This document shows, piece after piece, positions 33,884 through 39,098 of a DNA stretch of 39,098 nt; within the stretch, counting starts at the first letter, position 1, and each line of letters opens with the position of its first letter. The DNA is from Catajapyx aquilonaris. Taxonomy: Eukaryota. The notes beneath the pieces are model-generated. The model did no database searches, was not told the DNA's origin, and saw only the letters and a program-made list of their open reading frames with translations. Location: positions 62,001 through 101,098 of the forward strand of contig KZ538203.1 of assembly GCA_000934665.2 (NCBI GenBank), read 5' to 3'. The translations under genes and the position numbers were made by a program.

Positions 33884-33970
33884 TTAAACGAATCCCCGAC
33901 TGCAGAACGATGATGAACTCTGCTAACCTTCTAAACCATGCACACTTCTGCAATACAGGAATATTACTGC

Positions 33971-34460
33971 CTAGTAAATATGTATTTGCTGGCGTCTTAC
34001 ATTGACTTGGCTCAGCTCAACCTCAACAACAGCTGTCCCAACTGTAAAACTCGTACTCACCAACAAATGTGAGACGTCTTTCTCAAATGTCACCTTCCTA
34101 ACCTCACTCCACTTGAGACGGTCACCAGTTGCAGTAGTAATTGTTGCTGGTATTGTCCTAATGCATGGTCGCCAATCCTTGAAATCAGTGTGTTCCAGTT
34201 CCATGACGCGAACGTTGTACGGCTTGAAATTTTTCTGGGCATTACGTATAACTGTCGCCCATTCGGATGGCACCCAGACCCATACTGTGTGATGCTTCAC
34301 AGATCTCTCGATGCATGCGTGCATACTATCCGCGGGCATGTAAGTATGTCCAGGTAGCAGGAAATGATATGTGGCAATATCGTGACAGCGTATTGCAGCA
34401 TTCCATAGACAAAGTTATAGCGGTTTTGACCGGGGCAGCAGTCGCAATATAGTATGATGT
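33971..34460 (-). mobile_element. Degenerate DDD/E transposase fragment (Sola-like)
   Basis: Minus-strand pieces IILYCDCCPGQNRYNFVYGMLQY and YHFLLPGHTYMPADSMHACIERS...VPSEW.TVIRNA....PYNV.......FKDW lie in different frames. They match the D.C.GQN / GH.....D motif pair I recall from Sola-type transposases. The superfamily call is from memory. Confidence 0.65.
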
Positions 34461-36484
34461 GCTCCGCAAGTTTTCTGTCCCGCGATCAGAAAATTTTTGA
34501 ACCAAAAAAAGCGGAATCGGCAAACATGGCGGTTGTCTGCTTTTTACAGTTAGGAATCGATATTGTCAAACTCTGTGATATTGTTGTCAACACATCGCTA
34601 TGCAGCGTCATATGGTAATCAGTGGCCGTAGATGAGGCAACAATATGAAAAACGGGGGGGGGGGGGGGGGNACTTATTTTTGGCATTTAGACTGAAAAAA
34701 TAAGCTGTTTACAGACTTTGACCTGAATAAGGGAATGCAAAATACGAGTAGGGCCTATACATTCAATGTGCCAAGTTTCAGCTCTCTCAGAGGTGTGGAT
34801 GAAGTACGTAGGTTATTAATAAGGCCGCCGGACATGCATTGCATACCAACAATAATATTGTTTTATTAATATAAGGAAGGATGAGGCTTTCCTTACAGTT
34901 TCTGTATAGTTTGCCAGCCTGATTAGAAAATAACAAAAAATTAGAATGACCAATGCAATGCAATGGTGGGAATATGATGCACATGCTGGGCCGTCATTGT
35001 GCACGACCTTACCAAAAAAGAGATGAATAACCTACTCAAGCCCGAAAGGTACAGTAGGCCTACTCTATATTATGTATAGTATTAGGCTATTAGGGCACAT
35101 CATTGTTGGTAAACCTTAATGGAGTGATAACCCCATGGGAGCAGGAGGGGGGGGGGGGGTATTATGATATGGACTATTGCGCAAGACCCAATTAATTATT
35201 ATGTCCATTTTAGTGTGCACAAATTTTAACTTTATACTGATAATTAATGTAGATTGTATTCTTCCTCTAGTAATAATACATGTATATTTTCTTATGTAGG
35301 TCCTAATTAGCATACCTACCTTCTTCTGATGGGAAGTCCAGAGTTTCCATTTTGCAAATGTGAAGACCACAATTGATATTTTGTGATCAAATTTGGACCG
35401 AATTTCATCCTGACTGGTATGCAACCGCACCCTTGTACAGCCGGCAGTATAGCTTGCAGGATATGAATAGCCATGGGTAAGCCAAGGTCATGACGTAATC
35501 AGAATGCGTAAATTTGCAATTGCGGGTAATTTACTAATGTGAAAGCGCTAAATGGGCCATAATGCGCAGTGCCTACAAATTGAGGTCGGATTCGATTATT
35601 TTCTCTGCCAGATGATTTTTGATCTACGGGCAATCCAACCGCAACCGACTTACAACTTGTCATACAGCGTACGGATCTAGCTAAGTAGAATGCTTGCGAA
35701 TTTAAGGAATATACGATATTCTTCCACAAATTTTCATCGGAAGAGGAGCAGCTACCTACGAGTATATTTGGTGCAATTCCAGTGAACCCTTCTCCCTAAA
35801 TCAGAGTAGGCATACTTAGTAAAATTAATTCCATTCGTTCCTTCTGACCAAACTCACGGGCTCTTTGTTGATGTTCCCAAGGAAGAACTTTTTAATTTAT
35901 AGTTAAGAATGTAAAAACGTAAGAACGTAGCTAGATCTTTGTAAATGTTGTAAAACTTCATACTGTGTAGGACCTACCATTTTATTTCTTTTTGTACCCA
36001 GAGCGGTCCCCTTAAAATCACGGGGCTAACATAAATAAAATAAATAGGTAATAAGAAGTGCATTAAGAGTGAAATAACTTACTGTAACTTATATGATTTT
36101 TATTCATAACATTCATAACAAAATTAATAATGCAAACACATTGTCATTTGGCAAAAACGAAAGTAGTAGTTCCTTTAAAAACACAATTTATAAAAACTCA
36201 TAATCTAGTTTCTGTAGCTTGTCCTGGTGTTGACACGAATCCATTCTGCAAGCCGGGCGAGCAAGATTCCTTCTTCTGTCGCTTCCGAAAACTCAGGCCT
36301 ATATAGCCCAGTTTGGAACCCACCTCCTCATGTAGGCTACAGACATGGGACCGGCAGTACGTTGCAAGCGAAACACAAGCGCAGTAACGTTGCGAGCGAA
36401 ACACAATAAGCGCAGTAGGACCTACGTTGTAAGAACTCAATTCCGCCAGAAGGGCAGAATCATCTGCACGCAGCAAGTGAGTAG

Positions 36485-36633
36485 CTAACTAACCCATCAC
36501 CAAACAGCAACTCCTACACCTTCGACAATTGCTTATTCCCCAACACATGACTAACTAACCCATCACCAAACAGCAACTCCTACACCTTCGACAATGGCTT
36601 ATTCTCTAACACATGACTAACTAACCCATCACC
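36485..36633. repeat. 66-bp tandem repeat (about 2.3 copies)
   Basis: A unit beginning CTAACTAACCCATCACC recurs at 36485, 36551 and 36617. Confidence 0.9.
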
Positions 36634-36719
36634 ATGTAGTACAGCAGGTTTCCTAGTGAGAACACTGTAGCTTCGGGCCCGCTGTATGGTCTCCCATCGA
36701 GTGACTCCGGGGGGGGGGN

Positions 36720-37075
36720 GGCACATCCAGTAGCTCCAAAAAAAACCATAATATTTGGCCCCTTTGAGGTACTCTTTGGCCAACCCGAAGTCGATGAGGG
36801 TCAACTTCTTGGTTTCCGAGTTGACCAGCACATTGTCCGTCTTCACGTCAAAGTGGATCACTCCAATACGCTCCAGGTTGATGGTTCACAATCTGCTTGA
36901 AAAAACCTTCGACACAGCTTCTTGTAGTCCCTGGCCGTCGTTGAGTAGGCCTACTTCGCCCATGTAGTCATTGAGGGTGATGGCTCCCTCGGGCTTCTCC
37001 ATCACCAGGACCACCTCGTCCCCGACCTGTTACACATTGTACGACAGTTTCACAACGCCCTCCACGTTGGCACTT
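36720..37075 (-). pseudogene. Intronless, disrupted PIM-like Ser/Thr kinase fragment
   Basis: NVEGVVKL...*...VVLVMEKPEG..LNDY, a frameshift, FFKQIV, another frameshift, then GVIHFDVKTDNVLVNSETKKLTLIDFGLAK. This covers kinase subdomains IV-VII with one in-frame stop and frameshifts. Confidence 0.75.
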
Positions 37076-38026
37076 CCATATACGTATTTTTAATTCCAAT
37101 CAATGTTGTAGGCCTACATTTTTATGGAACGACCCTCGTCCACTCATAATACAATATCACAGAGGTTCAACTTTTGAATAATTATTAACTAAACAAAAAA
37201 TTATACAAATCGATCAAACGGTGTGTCCGCTGGCATCTGGTAGAAAAACATAATTATGCATCTCATTTATCGTCACCCTAAATAAGTATAGCACCTGCAA
37301 TATGTACTGCTGTTTTGAATGATACGTGCAGGAAAAATGTTTTTCCTGAATTATACCGTCATATGTTTGATACCCACCTGAAAACAATCATGTACATCGG
37401 TTGGTCAAAGTTATAGCAGAAGGACATGCAGTCTGCACAACATTGCTGCTACAATCAAAACGCATAAGGAAGAACTGGTCAAAGTTGATTTCATTTCAGC
37501 ACCAGTAATTATATTTATGTTCAATGTTCATGAAGTGGTTTTCATTATGGAAGACTTTGTAATATTTCCTTTTGTATGACTATACCATAAAATCTCTTAC
37601 CTTCCATTACACAAGTGTTTCCGTTACTGTAGTTCTAACAATGAGGCTTGCAGAATTTCATTTGACAGGAATTGCTCCGTACATTCATCTATGGCAAAAT
37701 GCTTTTCATTTCACTGTTTAGTATTTACCTGGCTTTTCACGTTGGGGGATCAAGGTGTGCACATCAGGAGGATCGGGGATTTTACGAGACAATTATCTGT
37801 GGTCGCGAACGGAAAAAATTACGCTCATTTTGAAAAGCGGTGAAGCCATTTTGTAAAAATTTTGTTGCCATCTCGAGTGACACCAAGTTTGAGGAACGCT
37901 GAGATGTCGAAGCTGGAGTGCTCAATGGAATCGCGGGTGAAAATTTAACACGTGAAAACGAAGCCGGAAGCATAATTACGTCTGAATTGCTGACTTTGAA
38001 TGTCCGCGCTACTCCTCCGGCAACAT

Positions 38027-38364
38027 GGGTAGAGGCAGGCCGTAAAGCGTAAAGGTCGGACATCTTTGAAGCAAAATGGCGGCCATCGGGCGGCCATGCC
38101 ACTTCACGGCAAGAACTTTGAAATTGTAGTATCGCTAACCCTGTTCTCCTCTCCTGCCTCCTGGCGGGACTAGGAAGAAAAGGCAGTCTGGTGCGTTCGA
38201 GGGTGCGTTGCACCAGACTGCCTTTTCTTCCTAGTCCCGCCAGGAGGCAGGAGTGTAGACAGAGGAGAACAGGGTTAGAAATACGGCAATTTCAAATGAG
38301 CGCAAGTTCTTGCCGTGAAGTGGCATGGCCGCCAAAGATCACGTGACCTTTACGGCCTCTACCC
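38027..38364. mobile_element. GC-rich foldback/MITE-like inverted repeat
   Basis: Perfect 44-bp arms at 38151-38194 and 38210-38253 with a 15-nt loop. Interrupted complementarity extends out to GGGTAGAGGC (38027) and GCCTCTACCC (38364). Confidence 0.8.
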
Positions 38365-38663
38365 TATTCTATCTCGTTGCATGGAACTGTGCTTTATTCT
38401 TCTTTTCTGGCTTTCGGACATTCAATTCGGGATTTGAACAGCCCTTTGCCTTGGTATTGCTGTATGGCATTTTGTTACCGCAACAGTACTGTACATTATT
38501 GTGGCCCTGCCAGGCACGGTACATCGCCCAGACTTCAGAAATGCCGAAAACCAGTAGGATCGGCTTTGTATTAGCGGTCACTAACCCTTACAATCCCAAA
38601 TGGAGGATTCCTACAACTCAGGGACATTTACTGACAATAGGATTTCTCGTGAAGTAAAGGACA

Positions 38664-38744
38664 CCTAACTGTCTAGAGTCTAGACAGTTAGGGGAGGGAT
38701 AGTAAAGCTAAAAGTATAGTCTAGACTCTAGACTATACTTTTAG
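38664..38744. repeat. Two adjacent perfect palindromes, each centred on TCTAGA-N-TCTAGA
   Basis: 38664-38692 (14-bp arms) and 38708-38744 (18-bp arms), each with a 1-nt spacer. Confidence 0.9.
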
Positions 38745-39098
38745 GGGGCACGGCAGTGCCCCCGCCAAGTTCTCGCCGCACTGCCGGACCACCTTTACCC
38801 GACACAACTCACGTCATTTTCACCCCCTCGAATCTTCGCACTGGTGAACACACGTGGCTTAAAAATTTTTATTTGGGTAGATAAAAATCGATTAAAAATA
38901 ATGCCCCCTTACTTCCATGTTCATATCTCTTTTCATTTCCGACTTAAAAAATCCTAAAAACTCCCGAAACGACCGAAATATGACACTGACTGACTGACTC
39001 ACTCACTCACTCACTCACTGACTCACTGATCATCAAAATTATACGGCACTTCCAGTGGTCCTAGGATGCTGAAATTTGGTATGCTGGTAGATCTTGTC
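38745..39098 (+). mobile_element. Helentron/DINE-1 (HINE)-like non-autonomous element, truncated by the window end
   Basis: Begins after a T-run with the hairpin GGGGCAC-GGCA-GTGCCCC. Contains an (ACTG)n/(ACTC)n microsatellite at about 38985-39029 followed by ...CCTAGGATGCTGAAATTTGGTATG, an arrangement I recognise from arthropod DINE/Helitron-like repeats. Confidence 0.55.

Noticed and set aside
35320..35780. Minus-strand fragment with QNINCGLHICKM, faintly like a Ulp1-type protease motif
   Set aside because: Multiple stops and no convincing catalytic His/Asp context; it cannot be supported without a search.
36485..36633. CRISPR-like appearance of the recurring CTAACTAACCCATCACC
   Set aside because: The intervening sequences are near-identical, so this is a tandem repeat. 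The context is eukaryotic with no cas genes.
37260..37880. Minus-strand exon-like pieces with GT donors downstream of the GC-rich foldback
   Set aside because: In-frame stops and no recognisable product.

Overview
Eukaryotic genomic DNA with short GT-AG introns, probably from an arthropod (inferred from protein similarity, not proven). From left to right it holds: (1) the 3' half of a Syntaxin-1A gene (+); (2) a 7-exon gene (-) for a DUF3105/TP53I13-like protein with a predicted signal peptide and a GC-AG intron; (3) a 2-exon PBK/TOPK kinase gene (-); (4) and (5) two tandem GH2 beta-glucuronidase genes (+), head-to-head with PBK; (6) a repeat-rich tail from about 32.7 kb. The tail contains a piggyBac-like foldback element with a nested tRNA-SINE, a Sola-like transposase relic, a PIM-like kinase pseudogene, a GC-rich foldback and a Helentron/DINE-like element. 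The most notable signals are duplicated-exon splicing cassettes that the ORF track misses. Syntaxin has two 111-nt alternative exons for the C-terminal half of the SNARE helix and four alternative transmembrane exons. The first glucuronidase has two 85-nt mutually exclusive exons for an active-site-proximal segment. The glucuronidase pair and the syntaxin transmembrane exons are flanked by TGCATG (Rbfox-type) motifs. The second glucuronidase has lost the Asn of the NxK glucuronide-recognition motif. All exon structures were deduced by eye from splice consensus and reading-frame continuity, with no transcript or database evidence.
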